DNA from: a phage
Sequence record: PX104378.1
Reading direction: 5' to 3' (one strand)
DNA: 64,000 bases
Shown here: piece after piece, positions 26,844-36,836 of the stretch
Position numbering within the stretch: the stretch's first letter is position 1
Layout of the letters: every line of letters begins with the position of its first letter
Position numbers and translations under genes: made by a program
Notes under the pieces: generated by a model
What the model was told of the DNA's origin: nothing
What the model saw: the letters and a program-made list of their open reading frames with translations, nothing else
Databases searched by the model: none

Positions 26844-27368
26844 TTAGTAGCCGCGTTCTTGACGGGCGAAGTTTTCAGCATTTTTCAGATAGTACAGCTT
26901 GAAGATATCCTTAGCGGTTAAACCTAAGCCCAGCATTTTAATCAGCACAAAATGCCAGATATCGATCAATTCCATCGCAATTTCGGTTTTATCGTCATCT
27001 GACAGATCAGCAAATTTACGCGCTCGTGCTTCGCCGTGGTTCTTCTTCCACACTTTAGTAATTGCGCTTGCATCTTTGCCATTTGACATGCCACCCAGGG
27101 CAACATAAAGTTCTCGTGTCTCGTCGTCGATTGCGTCATCCCATAGCTTCATCCAATCAAGGATCTCCCCGCAAGTTTCCAGCTTATCAGGATGCGGCAC
27201 CCACTCAAATTTATCAGCTAGTGCGACCTGTAAGCCTTTTTGCATATCTAACATTACTTGCAGCGGATCTTTGCCGCTAGTGATTGCCTCGGAATACGCA
27301 ATACCAGCTTTAGACATAGTTTCGTCGCTAACCAGACCAGCACAAGAATTAAATTCTGACATATTCAC
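26844..27368 (-). CDS. 56: dCTP pyrophosphatase gp56 (MazG-like)
   Basis: 174 aa; KDPLQVMLDMQ, HPDKLET, ELIDIWHFVL, IFKLYYLKNAENFARQERGY closely match T4 gp56. Confidence 0.9.
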   Translation of the reverse strand: MNMSEFNSCAGLVSDETMSKAGIAYSEAITSGKDPLQVMLDMQKGLQVALADKFEWVPHPDKLETCGEILDWMKLWDDAIDDETRELYVALGGMSNGKDASAITKVWKKNHGEARARKFADLSDDDKTEIAMELIDIWHFVLIKMLGLGLTAKDIFKLYYLKNAENFARQERGY

Positions 27369-27376
27369 CTCATTAA

Positions 27377-28405
27377 TTAAAATTTACAATATTTCATAAA
27401 CCGCATTTTAGCCATCAGACCTTGTACGGTGTTCTCTTTGATATATTCCATGATCTGGTCGCGTGTAGCGCCCTCGTCCTGAATCATGGCGTTAACGTCT
27501 TTAGAATGCCACGGACAACGATCCCACAAAACAATCTTTTCCCCTGCATTGATAAACTTTTCCAGTCGGTGCATTGTATCGGCTGACCGTGGTTCCGCAT
27601 CAAGTACAAACACTCGCTGGTCTGGGAAAGGGATTTCATCTAATCCCAAAGTACCGCCAGTAATTGCACACCCGTTATCAATAAACAATGAATCGATCGG
27701 ACCTTCTAAGAAATACACTGGCTTGCTCGGATCGGCGCGTTCAAGACCATAGACCTTACTCGCTAACTCGTGAGTTTTAATCGTCATATATTTGGTCTTT
27801 CCGTAATCCTTTCTCAATGCTCGCCCCTGAATGGATTCTATCTTGTTCTCACGGTTAAAGATAGGAATCACTAAACGCGGTTCAGGTTGCGGATTCTTAA
27901 AAGTATCAGCCTTAATGTGATTTGCTACCTTTTGCCATTCTCTCGTGAAATACAGAAGATCCCATTTATCGTGGGGAATGCAACGATCACTGACATACTT
28001 TATTATAGGATGATTAGCCGGAAGAGTATCTAATCTCTCGCAGAAAGGCAATGTTTGCACTTTCTTAATCTCCGGCTTTTCTACCTTTTTCAGTGGCTTG
28101 ACCGTGGTGTTCTTGTGGTCGCCTTGTTCCTTCCGTCTCTCCATAAGCCATTCCCTGAATAGGTCCGGCTTATACTGTTTGAGAAATTCACCTAACGGCT
28201 GATTGTAGTTACAGTTGAAACATCCGGCTCGCAAACTATCTTTATAGGTATAGATACGGAATCGCGCTTGAGTATGATTTTTCTTTGAGTCACCGCAGAT
28301 CGGACAACTACAGACCAGCGTAAATGAGCTAGTATGCAACCGTTTAAAATTTCGTTCGCCGTATATGGCTTTTTCCGCTATTTCATAATCTGCGTAGTAA
28401 ATCAT
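27377..28405 (-). CDS. 61: DNA primase gp61
   Basis: 342 aa (same as T4 gp61); zinc motif CPICGDSKKN...CFNCNY; TOPRIM block EGPIDSLF; C-terminal QGLMAKMRFMKY. Confidence 0.9.
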   Translation of the reverse strand: MIYYADYEIAEKAIYGERNFKRLHTSSFTLVCSCPICGDSKKNHTQARFRIYTYKDSLRAGCFNCNYNQPLGEFLKQYKPDLFREWLMERRKEQGDHKNTTVKPLKKVEKPEIKKVQTLPFCERLDTLPANHPIIKYVSDRCIPHDKWDLLYFTREWQKVANHIKADTFKNPQPEPRLVIPIFNRENKIESIQGRALRKDYGKTKYMTIKTHELASKVYGLERADPSKPVYFLEGPIDSLFIDNGCAITGGTLGLDEIPFPDQRVFVLDAEPRSADTMHRLEKFINAGEKIVLWDRCPWHSKDVNAMIQDEGATRDQIMEYIKENTVQGLMAKMRFMKYCKF

Positions 28406-28414
28406 ATTAACCTC

Positions 28415-28618
28415 TTATAGCTCAAATTTCATGAAAGTTCCCACACTTTCATTTTCATTCTCTCCGTTTTCATCTAAGCCAAATTTATAGACACTACCAT
28501 CTGGCGATGTGTAAGAGAATACACGAAAACGGCCTACCGGATCAAGTTCTGTAAATTCATATTCTTTTCCGGCTTCAAAAAGTGCATATGTGCTTTTAAG
28601 ACATTTCATCGTAATCAT
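28415..28618 (-). CDS. Hypothetical protein
   Basis: 67-aa ORF. Confidence 0.45.
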   Translation of the reverse strand: MITMKCLKSTYALFEAGKEYEFTELDPVGRFRVFSYTSPDGSVYKFGLDENGENENESVGTFMKFEL

Positions 28619-28806
28619 TTAAGCGCCACCGACAACAGAATGAGAACTACACCAACATACATTGTGATCTCGGATAACTTTTCTGTTTTTGTTTTGTGTC
28701 CAGATAATCCGAAAACAACAACACCGATAATAGCGGACAGCAAGCCAACGATAAACATGATGATACTAAGCACCGTCTTTCTCCTTCTTGCGTTTTTCTT
28801 TACCAA
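28615..28806 (-). CDS. Hypothetical small membrane protein
   Basis: 63 aa with two hydrophobic helices. Confidence 0.45.
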   Translation of the reverse strand: MVKKNARRRKTVLSIIMFIVGLLSAIIGVVVFGLSGHKTKTEKLSEITMYVGVVLILLSVALK

Positions 28807-28938
28807 CTATACTAGGTCCACGATTGGTAATAGATCCGCTCGTTTCCCCTGCTGCGATCTTCTCAGGATTGCCGCCAGCATCGCCAGCGGTCATATCTTC
28901 TTTGAGTTTATTTTCTTCAACAAACTGTTTAAAGCCAA

Positions 28939-29313
28939 TCATAGAATAATCTCTTTTAGTAAGTCAACAATCTGGTCTTTCGTCAGTTTATCCTGATTCT
29001 CTACAATCTTGATAACACAAGCGTTAACATCTTTGCGAGTCACGCGGGAGATCGTTTTAATACGATGAAACGGTTCGTAGAAATATACTGCTTCATTATA
29101 GAGCGCAGCAATTTTTCGACGCATTTGATCTTTATCAGCCAGAAAAACAATTGCAGTTTTCGGATCTACACCAGCCACATCATAAAGTTCGGCGACTCCC
29201 CAGCGTCCTTCCGGTTCAACCATACCAGCATGTTTACCGTTAATAAAGATAAGAATGTCTCCGTTATTTGCGGTTTTAAATGCTACATCTTCCGGTGTAA
29301 TCATATTTTTCAT
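28939..29313 (-). CDS. Hypothetical protein
   Basis: 124-aa ORF; RBS AAGGAGACTATATT-ATG. Confidence 0.5.
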   Translation of the reverse strand: MKNMITPEDVAFKTANNGDILIFINGKHAGMVEPEGRWGVAELYDVAGVDPKTAIVFLADKDQMRRKIAALYNEAVYFYEPFHRIKTISRVTRKDVNACVIKIVENQDKLTKDQIVDLLKEIIL

Positions 29314-29332
29314 AATATAGTCTCCTTATAGG

Positions 29333-29968
29333 TCAAGCGAACGTAGAAAGCAAATGTTTTGTTTCTTTCAGTTGTCGTTCAAGATCTTTGCGTTTCTCTT
29401 TAAGTTGCATTTTAGCATTGTTTCGCTGTTTTTCAACATCTTTATCGATGTGCTTAGTCCAATTATCAATATCAGAATAAGTTGGCATACCCAATTCTAA
29501 ACCTAATGCGGTTGGATACAGGGTAACAGTCCATAAACCGCTAATCTTCTTAAATAGGTCATGGTGTAGTGTACTACCTACATCTTCCGGTGTCAACTCT
29601 TTTTCTTCTTTCAGTGGTGGGATCTCGTCATATGGTTCCAGTGCATTTACTTTAATATCAGATACCTCATCAAAGAATCCGCGTACATCCGCAGGAAATA
29701 CACAAGCAATTTCCCAACCGTGATCACGCAGAGAAGTAATATTTTTCACTCCCCCACCATGTGTGATGATTGATGTGACATTGCCATCAAGGTCCACCGA
29801 ATTTACGAGAAATGGCTTATCGTCTGTCAGATCATTATAAAACTGTGCTTCGGCTGTAGTCATCTCCAGAAACAGATCTCGGATCGGACGACCATCAGGT
29901 GCGTTACCTTCCTTGAGAGTATAAAAGCGACTTACGATCCATTTTGGCGGTAAAGCATTAGCGATCAT
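29333..29968 (-). CDS. Hypothetical protein
   Basis: 211-aa ORF between 41 and 61; C-terminal K/E-rich coiled coil. Confidence 0.5.
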   Translation of the reverse strand: MIANALPPKWIVSRFYTLKEGNAPDGRPIRDLFLEMTTAEAQFYNDLTDDKPFLVNSVDLDGNVTSIITHGGGVKNITSLRDHGWEIACVFPADVRGFFDEVSDIKVNALEPYDEIPPLKEEKELTPEDVGSTLHHDLFKKISGLWTVTLYPTALGLELGMPTYSDIDNWTKHIDKDVEKQRNNAKMQLKEKRKDLERQLKETKHLLSTFA

Positions 29969-30018
29969 GTTATATCTCCTATCAAATCATTCACCAGCGC
30001 CCCGTAGGGCGCATTTTA

Positions 30019-31431
30019 TTAGAAAGTCATGTTATTTGCTAGCTCGTCGAGTTTTTCGCGTTTCTCGGCTTGCTGTGCGCTTTGTGGTTTAACTTGTGCA
30101 TTCTCCTGATCGGCGATCTGGTTTGGAACTTCATACCAACGCTGATTTCCTTTTTTCACACCAACATTAAACCGTGAATAGTAGTTCTTATCACCGTAAC
30201 GAGATTTAATCTGCTTGAGTAGTTGAACACCCATTTTTGCAAGGTCTTCGGTTTCAATTACACCCAACATAAAATCGGCTGTAGCCGGAAGACCTGCTGA
30301 TTCAGCGGTATCACTCATGTTAAGGTCGGAAGCATCCCAACCAGCACGGGTAGTCTGTGCCGCAGTCCAACCAACAACATCCCACTTAACAAAAAATCCT
30401 CGCAGTTCTTCCGCAATCGCCTTAACTAGTGTGTAACTATTTTCAGAGTATACACGCAAGCGAGACGATGCGCAAATCCCCAGATAGTCAACAATCACAA
30501 CATCAGGTTTAAACTGTTTCTTGAGTCGCAATTCATTCATTAACGCCTCAAAGTGATTGGAGTTCGCGCCACCAGTCGGATACTGCTTGATCATCAATTT
30601 TCCAACCGGACGATCTCCGATCTTCTTATTCTTAACACGCTTCATACGTGCGGAATATTCCGCAAAAGAAACATTACCATTATCCAATTCATCTAATGTA
30701 AGGTCAAGCAAGTTTGCGTCAATACGTTTGGCTACGACATGCTCTGCCATCTCCATTGAGATATACAATACATCATAACCACATTCCATATAATCCGCAG
30801 CAAGAGAACACAATCCAAGCGATTTACCAACGTTTACACCAGCAAGCAACACATTTAGCGTTTTTCTTTCCGCCCCTCCTTTCGTGATTTTGTTCAACAT
30901 CGGCAGTTTAAACGGGATCTTATTCGCTTTAGTCTGATATAGCAAGAATCGTTTTTCGAAGTCATTAAACCAGTCATGACCTACATCAGAATCAAACGTA
31001 ATGGATAGTGCTTCCTGCATGATCTCAGGAATAGCTCCCTCGCCAGGCAATTTCTTATTCTGTTTCTCTTTTGGTAGTTGTGCGTTCGCTTGAATCTCTA
31101 GCGCCCGTGACATTGCATTATACATGGCACGGTCACGAATAAATTTTTCGGTTTCCTTCATTAACCAATCAAGGTCTTCCGGTGTATTCTCAAGCGAATC
31201 AAGAAGAGTTTTAGCCCCTTCATATGTTGTCTGATTGCCTCTCTCCTTGTCTAAAGCAATCTGTAATGCAGTTGGCGTAGGAATATTGGAATATTCGTCT
31301 ACGTGCTTTTTAATCAGCTTATAAATCAGTTTTTCTTCGTCTTCGGTGAAGTAGTCCGCTTTAAGGTGAGGCCATACATTCGTAAAGAATGCGCCATTGT
31401 AAATCAACTGTGAAAAGATAGTTTTAATCAT
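30019..31431 (-). CDS. 41: Replicative DNA helicase gp41 (DnaB-like)
   Basis: 470 aa (T4 475 aa); Walker A LLAGVNVGKSLGL; RecA-like helicase core. Confidence 0.9.
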   Translation of the reverse strand: MIKTIFSQLIYNGAFFTNVWPHLKADYFTEDEEKLIYKLIKKHVDEYSNIPTPTALQIALDKERGNQTTYEGAKTLLDSLENTPEDLDWLMKETEKFIRDRAMYNAMSRALEIQANAQLPKEKQNKKLPGEGAIPEIMQEALSITFDSDVGHDWFNDFEKRFLLYQTKANKIPFKLPMLNKITKGGAERKTLNVLLAGVNVGKSLGLCSLAADYMECGYDVLYISMEMAEHVVAKRIDANLLDLTLDELDNGNVSFAEYSARMKRVKNKKIGDRPVGKLMIKQYPTGGANSNHFEALMNELRLKKQFKPDVVIVDYLGICASSRLRVYSENSYTLVKAIAEELRGFFVKWDVVGWTAAQTTRAGWDASDLNMSDTAESAGLPATADFMLGVIETEDLAKMGVQLLKQIKSRYGDKNYYSRFNVGVKKGNQRWYEVPNQIADQENAQVKPQSAQQAEKREKLDELANNMTF

Positions 31432-31745
31432 ACATAGCCCCCAACTACACGCATAACAAAGGTCTTGAGTTTATACCAGAAAGTTTCTTTTTTCAACTTT
31501 TCTTCTGCTTCTTTGATCTGCGCTGTTAACGCCTTAATGACGTGAGGATATACCACATCACGATCTGACGGCGTGGAGTAGTCGACCACAATACCTTTAG
31601 TGTCTGGATCGTATTCAACATTATGAATATAGACAATATGATGCTCTCCCTCTTCATCAACAATTATCAGTTCCTGAATAACTGTCTTCATTGCTTCTTG
31701 AATCAAGCCGTGTGCTTCTTCTAAACTTGTTGGTTTCTTATCCAT
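31428..31745 (-). CDS. 40: Hypothetical protein (position of T4 gene 40)
   Basis: 105 aa, hydrophobic C-terminus, between uvsX and 41 as T4 gene 40; positional assignment only. Confidence 0.4.
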   Translation of the reverse strand: MDKKPTSLEEAHGLIQEAMKTVIQELIIVDEEGEHHIVYIHNVEYDPDTKGIVVDYSTPSDRDVVYPHVIKALTAQIKEAEEKLKKETFWYKLKTFVMRVVGGYV

Positions 31746-31800
31746 AATATAATCCTCTCTAGATATGAAAAAGGGGCACGTAGCCCCTTTACTACCATTG

Positions 31801-32871
31801 TTATGCTAACATATCTTCGATTTCTTTGTCAACTGCTTCGTCGCTGATCACTTGCCCCAGCTTATAATGATCGTTGATTGCTTCGTTAAACTTATCGTTT
31901 GTCAGAAGTGGTTTCCAGAACTCAATGCTATTGGTTTCTTTAGCACGGAACTTGCGTTCTTCGGTTTCCATCTCTCCGGTCTCAGTATTCAGGATTGAAC
32001 GAGAATACCAGCCGTTTGACGGTTTCACTACCCAGCCTAACTCTACAGCCAACTCCAGCAAACCGGAATAAGGATCGATGCCACCGCTAAATGTTACGCT
32101 AATCGGGAACTTAGATTTTTCTTTAACGGTTCGTGATTTTTCCGCATTCAGGATAAAATCATAACCAGTAATTTCGGTTCCTTCTTTCTGCTGACGACGA
32201 CCAATAATGAAAACTTCATTGGCTGAATACATCGCGCCCGTACCGCCGGACATAACGGTCTTACTAAACATTTCTTGCGTTTCGTAAGTGTGGTTAATAG
32301 CGATGCACGGGATATCATTCATAGTCAGATATGGCGTCACCATACGGAACAAGCCTTTAAGTGCTTTAGCTCGCGTCATATCCTGTGCGGATTTCTCATT
32401 AATCGCGTCTTCAACTTCTTTTTTACTTGCTAAGTTACCGATTGAGTCAATAAAGATGATCACTTTATCTTCACGGGTAATTTGCTCAAGCTGGTTCATG
32501 ATTTCAAATTTAAGTTCTTCGATGTTCTTGATTGGAACATGCACCACGCGATCAGGATCTACACCCATAGATTCCAGATATGCGGAAGTAATACCGAACT
32601 CAGAATCAAAGAACAAACAAGCCGCATCGGGATTCTGTTTCATGTATGCACTAACACAAGTTAATCCCATGTTTGATTTAAAGTGCTTAGACGGACCAGC
32701 AAAGAAAATCAGACCAGATTGAAAGCCTTTTTTAAGATCACCGGAAAACGCAATATTCAGCATCGGGATCTTAGTGCGAGTATTTGTTTTTTCGTTAAAG
32801 AAGCTGGATTTAGACAGTACCGCAGTAGTTTTCAGGGTAGAGTTCTTTTTCAGTTTTTCCAATACAGACAT
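31801..32871 (-). CDS. uvsX: UvsX recombinase (RecA-like)
   Basis: Blocks TKIPMLNIAFSGDL, GPSKHFKSN, IPCIAINHTYETQEMFSKTVM, KSRTVKEKSKF match T4 UvsX. Confidence 0.9.
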   Translation of the reverse strand: MSVLEKLKKNSTLKTTAVLSKSSFFNEKTNTRTKIPMLNIAFSGDLKKGFQSGLIFFAGPSKHFKSNMGLTCVSAYMKQNPDAACLFFDSEFGITSAYLESMGVDPDRVVHVPIKNIEELKFEIMNQLEQITREDKVIIFIDSIGNLASKKEVEDAINEKSAQDMTRAKALKGLFRMVTPYLTMNDIPCIAINHTYETQEMFSKTVMSGGTGAMYSANEVFIIGRRQQKEGTEITGYDFILNAEKSRTVKEKSKFPISVTFSGGIDPYSGLLELAVELGWVVKPSNGWYSRSILNTETGEMETEERKFRAKETNSIEFWKPLLTNDKFNEAINDHYKLGQVISDEAVDKEIEDMLA

Positions 32872-32882
32872 TATTAATACCT

Positions 32883-33110
32883 CTATTCAGTTAATCCGTA
32901 ATACTTTAATTGCTTCATTGTTATTCGATCTTTGTAGTGCTCTTGAATTAACTTTTTCATCGCACCAACATCGATCGTCACAAATACTTCGTTGCTGTGA
33001 TTTCCGTGAACTTTCTTGAAATGCTCTATGCCTTCCTCACGTTCACGTTTAATCTTTTCAATGTCTCTCATAGTATATTTCTCACGTTGGCGGGTATCGT
33101 CACCCAACAC
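32883..33110 (-). CDS. Hypothetical protein
   Basis: 75-aa ORF, the only gene between uvsX and 43. Confidence 0.45.
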   Translation of the reverse strand: MLGDDTRQREKYTMRDIEKIKREREEGIEHFKKVHGNHSNEVFVTIDVGAMKKLIQEHYKDRITMKQLKYYGLTE

Positions 33111-33132
33111 CCGCCATTATACACACTTTATC

Positions 33133-35811
33133 TTAAATGTCAAACAGGTCTGTAAGAGATGCCACTTTTTCATATTGCAGCTTTGCAGCCGTGGTAATGT
33201 TCTCCAGTGGTTTGACGAAAGTCTTATTAAACAACAAAGGCCAGTCTAACCACTTTAACACCTCTGATTCAATTTCCGGCGGAATGCGAGTACCAGACAA
33301 CCAACCAAAACAGATTTCTCCAAACGGATTTCGATCTTTAAGCGGTACGATCATAACCTTCTCGCCTTCACGAATCGGATCTAGTCCGAATTTTCGAGCA
33401 TTACGATTATAACACAATACACTCTTAACCGCATATGGACAACCTTTGATCGGATACCCGTTTGAATCGCTGTATTTCTGTAGGTTGTTTGCAGATGATA
33501 CCGCAGCAACCTCAAGATAGTCAAGTTTTCTAAATTCTTGCTCAAAAATACCGTAGTATTCCTGCAATGACTCTTCACCTTCCTGCAACATACGGCGAAT
33601 ACATTCTTTCAGTGATTTCTGACATGCTTTAGGGGTAGAGCTACGTTGCGTTTCCAAGCCCATGATTTTTAGCTTAGGTTCAGCAAATCGCGTTCCTTCC
33701 ATATCCCAAACATTAAGAGCATAACGCTTTTTACCAGTCCAGAATCCACCGATACCCGCAGATTTCAACGGAGGACCAGCAATTGCCTCACGGTCCATAA
33801 ACATCAAGTGCTCATAGTTGTTCATGTACTCGCATAACTCGCGATATCCCTTGTCGATAATAGGTTCCATTCTATGCTTACCGAAATTATCAAGGAAGTC
33901 AACAAGTTTTTCGGTATCGTCGAAACGGTCTTCCCCGCCAACCTTATCAACAACATTGTTAACCAGCACATAAACGGAGTCAGTATCACAATAACGAACA
34001 TATGCAAAATCAGTTGTTCCGCAAAGCTCGTTTAAGTATTCGTTAATCTTACGCTCAATCCACTGAATTGCAAGCTGACCGAACAGTGTGATCGCACTAG
34101 CGTTACGGAGATCATAAAAACGGAATTTAGGATTCCCCAACGCACCATAAAGGGAGTTGATCAAAACTTTTCGAGAAAGCTGGTTTGTATTGCACAAGAT
34201 CGACTCGTCTTTACATTCTTCCAGCAATTTCTCTAAGGCATCTTTGCTCAATTCAGAAAGCATCGATTTAAACGCTTCATCGAAGTCGTGACGCACTTCA
34301 ACGCTATAGCTAATGGTTCCCCCATAAACATGATTTTCATCGTGTAGAATCGCTTTACATAGTTCAGCATTGCGATCACATGCCAACATCATGTTTTTGT
34401 ACTGCTTACGCTGATCGAATACCTTTTTAATCTCAATCGGTACGATACCATGAATATCTTTTCGATACATCCATCCGTTAGGCGAGCAAGAATACTCATC
34501 ACTAGGACGCGGGGCAGTTTTATTGATGTACTCGTGCATTGGTGCAGCATCAAAAGATCCAGCGATTGTTTCCGGCGAAATGTTAACCTGTCGAATAATA
34601 GATGGATACAGACTTGTTAAGTCAAAGCTCATCATCCAGCGATAAGCATTAGGTACTGGCTCTTTTACAAATGCGCCCGGATATGTCTGCTTAGGCTGTA
34701 TCTTATTTTCCGGTACTACTTTACCCTCAGCTTTCAGAGATCCGAAGATAATAGCATCCCATACTTTCATCGGGTTATAAACATGGTTAAATTTAATCTT
34801 TGCATAGAAACATAGACTATACACAAGATCGATAAATCCACGCTTTTTATCAATCGCCAGTACACGATCAACGTCGCCGATGTTATAATCGATGTAAAGT
34901 TGATGGTTGTCATCACGCAATTTCTTTAACGGACCATCATAATCAACCTTACCGATTCCTGTCTCGTATTCAGCAACATAATCTAATGCATATGTTGGTT
35001 GAGTCGTAAAGCTAAATTTCTTGTATAAGTCAATGTAGTCAAGGCTTTCGATCCCCATGATCGTAAATGCTTCACGCTCGTTGCCAAAATCATCCTGTGA
35101 GATTCGGGATTTAATCTTACCGCACGGGCTTAGACGGTTAGCGGTTCTACTTCCGAACTTATTACTGATACGTTTAATGATATATGGAATATCGAATGTT
35201 TCTGTGTTCCAGCCAGTGAAACCAACGGGTCGGTTTTCCTCAAAGAATCGGATGTATTCTAACAGCAATTCATCTTCTGTATCATAGACGTTATAAACAA
35301 CACGTTCTACAATATCTGGGCGAAGAATAGACTTGCTTGCTTCCCAAGATTCACCGTTTTTTCCTTTCAAATCAAATACAAAGAAACGATCATGTACGGA
35401 ATCATAATGCGTAATTGCATCGATAGGATATTTCGCTTCTTCTGGTTTAGGAAATTCTGGGGCAGTGACCTCAATATCAACCCATGCTACACGGATTTTA
35501 TTTCGGTCATATCGAATCTCTCCTTTATACGTATCGGACAGATAGGAGATGATAAAATCATCCATCCCTAGTGCCTCTTGCCCCATTTCCCCCATCTTTT
35601 TACGCCATTTGTTGGCCTCGTTCATAGATGGGAATTTTTTAGCAATGCAAGGCTTGCCATAGATATCTTTATAATTTGTAATCATGCCAGGCGCGGCATG
35701 ATGAAATAAAGTTGGCGTATATTCAACGTAACGCTCTTGTTCTTGTCCAGCATCATCAATATAACGCTCGTAGATCTTATCACCTACTCGCTCACATGAC
35801 AGAAAATACAT
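33133..35811 (-). CDS. 43: DNA polymerase gp43 (family B)
   Basis: Strong match to T4 gp43 (YGKPCIAKKFPSM, exo motifs, SLYPSIIRQVNISPETI, DTDSVYV, KKRYALNV); start set to ATG after AAGGAG (MYFLS...), 892 aa. Confidence 0.95.
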   Translation of the reverse strand: MYFLSCERVGDKIYERYIDDAGQEQERYVEYTPTLFHHAAPGMITNYKDIYGKPCIAKKFPSMNEANKWRKKMGEMGQEALGMDDFIISYLSDTYKGEIRYDRNKIRVAWVDIEVTAPEFPKPEEAKYPIDAITHYDSVHDRFFVFDLKGKNGESWEASKSILRPDIVERVVYNVYDTEDELLLEYIRFFEENRPVGFTGWNTETFDIPYIIKRISNKFGSRTANRLSPCGKIKSRISQDDFGNEREAFTIMGIESLDYIDLYKKFSFTTQPTYALDYVAEYETGIGKVDYDGPLKKLRDDNHQLYIDYNIGDVDRVLAIDKKRGFIDLVYSLCFYAKIKFNHVYNPMKVWDAIIFGSLKAEGKVVPENKIQPKQTYPGAFVKEPVPNAYRWMMSFDLTSLYPSIIRQVNISPETIAGSFDAAPMHEYINKTAPRPSDEYSCSPNGWMYRKDIHGIVPIEIKKVFDQRKQYKNMMLACDRNAELCKAILHDENHVYGGTISYSVEVRHDFDEAFKSMLSELSKDALEKLLEECKDESILCNTNQLSRKVLINSLYGALGNPKFRFYDLRNASAITLFGQLAIQWIERKINEYLNELCGTTDFAYVRYCDTDSVYVLVNNVVDKVGGEDRFDDTEKLVDFLDNFGKHRMEPIIDKGYRELCEYMNNYEHLMFMDREAIAGPPLKSAGIGGFWTGKKRYALNVWDMEGTRFAEPKLKIMGLETQRSSTPKACQKSLKECIRRMLQEGEESLQEYYGIFEQEFRKLDYLEVAAVSSANNLQKYSDSNGYPIKGCPYAVKSVLCYNRNARKFGLDPIREGEKVMIVPLKDRNPFGEICFGWLSGTRIPPEIESEVLKWLDWPLLFNKTFVKPLENITTAAKLQYEKVASLTDLFDI

Positions 35812-35843
35812 AATATAAACTCCTTCACTTACGAAAGACACTC

Positions 35844-35872
35844 ATTATAGGGGAATCGACTTAGTTTGTCAA
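35844..35872 (-). promoter_or_regulatory. Early promoter cassette upstream of gene 43
   Basis: TTGACA-17nt-TATAAT; flanking inverted repeat ATAGGGG..CCCCTAT. Confidence 0.55.
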
Positions 35873-35893
35873 TACCCCTATCCCATCAGTATC

Positions 35894-36256
35894 TTATCGC
35901 CCGATCTGATATTTCTCGATCAGCGTCCACTCTTCTTTCTGTTTAAAAGACAGTACACGGAAATTATTAACTTCTGTAGTTTCAAAATCACTATCAATCA
36001 GGGTGCATAGATTCCACTGCGCAAGAAGTTTTGCAATATTATTACGGCGCAATTCATCTTCCCACGTCATCTTAACACTACGACCATCTAATTTCAACAA
36101 CTCCTTGAAATGAACGATGTAATAGCGCCCCTTCTTCTGGAGAATATGACAAGACTGATACAGTGTCTTGTCTCGATTGTTGGCAATGCCGCAGCGGGTT
36201 AAAGTCTCCTTAATTTTAAGGAAGTTTTCAGGATTAATCAAATTAATTTCAATCAT
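35894..36256 (-). CDS. regA: Translational repressor RegA
   Basis: 120 aa; KETLTRCGIANNRDKTLYQSCHILQKKGRYYIVHFKE near-identical to T4 RegA. Confidence 0.95.
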   Translation of the reverse strand: MIEINLINPENFLKIKETLTRCGIANNRDKTLYQSCHILQKKGRYYIVHFKELLKLDGRSVKMTWEDELRRNNIAKLLAQWNLCTLIDSDFETTEVNNFRVLSFKQKEEWTLIEKYQIGR

Positions 36257-36257
36257 T

Positions 36258-36836
36258 TTACCACCTTTCTATAATCTTTTTAAGTCGTTTCCTTTCTGTC
36301 TGATTCTTAGTAACACCCGCCAAAAGTTCATCGGTCGCATACGGTTTAATGTGCTTCAATAACTTGTCCATATATCCCTTTTCATTAGCCAAATCGAGAT
36401 AAAATCGGGCGTCATCCATATTTACACAATATGCTTTCGCCGCTGCCATTAAAACCAATTTTTGGTCTAATTCTTCTGTTAGTTTAGCCCATTTACCGTA
36501 TCGTTTCCCCTTAGAAATACTCTGTAAGAGATAATCAAAATGCATTTGATCTGGGAGGCCATGACCGATTAAATTCATCACATACGCGCTATATAGGCAA
36601 TCTGCGTGCTGGGAAAGAGCGGTATTAATCCATCTCTGATTGTATGCAGAATTGTTCCCAACATTAACGCGCTGTTTATCTAAGGTGATATGATCCATCA
36701 GAGCAAATAATGCATTATCGGTTTTCTCGGTGAATGTGTCAGCTAATTCAGACACTTTTTCCCAATCACGAGAGCGCCATGCAATTTCATGCTCGTTTAA
36801 TTGTGTATCATCTTCACCGAAAAATTGACCTAACAT
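36258..36836 (-). CDS. 62: Clamp loader small subunit gp62
   Basis: 192 aa; LNEHEIAW, KGKRYGKWAKL match T4 gp62. Confidence 0.85.
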   Translation of the reverse strand: MLGQFFGEDDTQLNEHEIAWRSRDWEKVSELADTFTEKTDNALFALMDHITLDKQRVNVGNNSAYNQRWINTALSQHADCLYSAYVMNLIGHGLPDQMHFDYLLQSISKGKRYGKWAKLTEELDQKLVLMAAAKAYCVNMDDARFYLDLANEKGYMDKLLKHIKPYATDELLAGVTKNQTERKRLKKIIERW

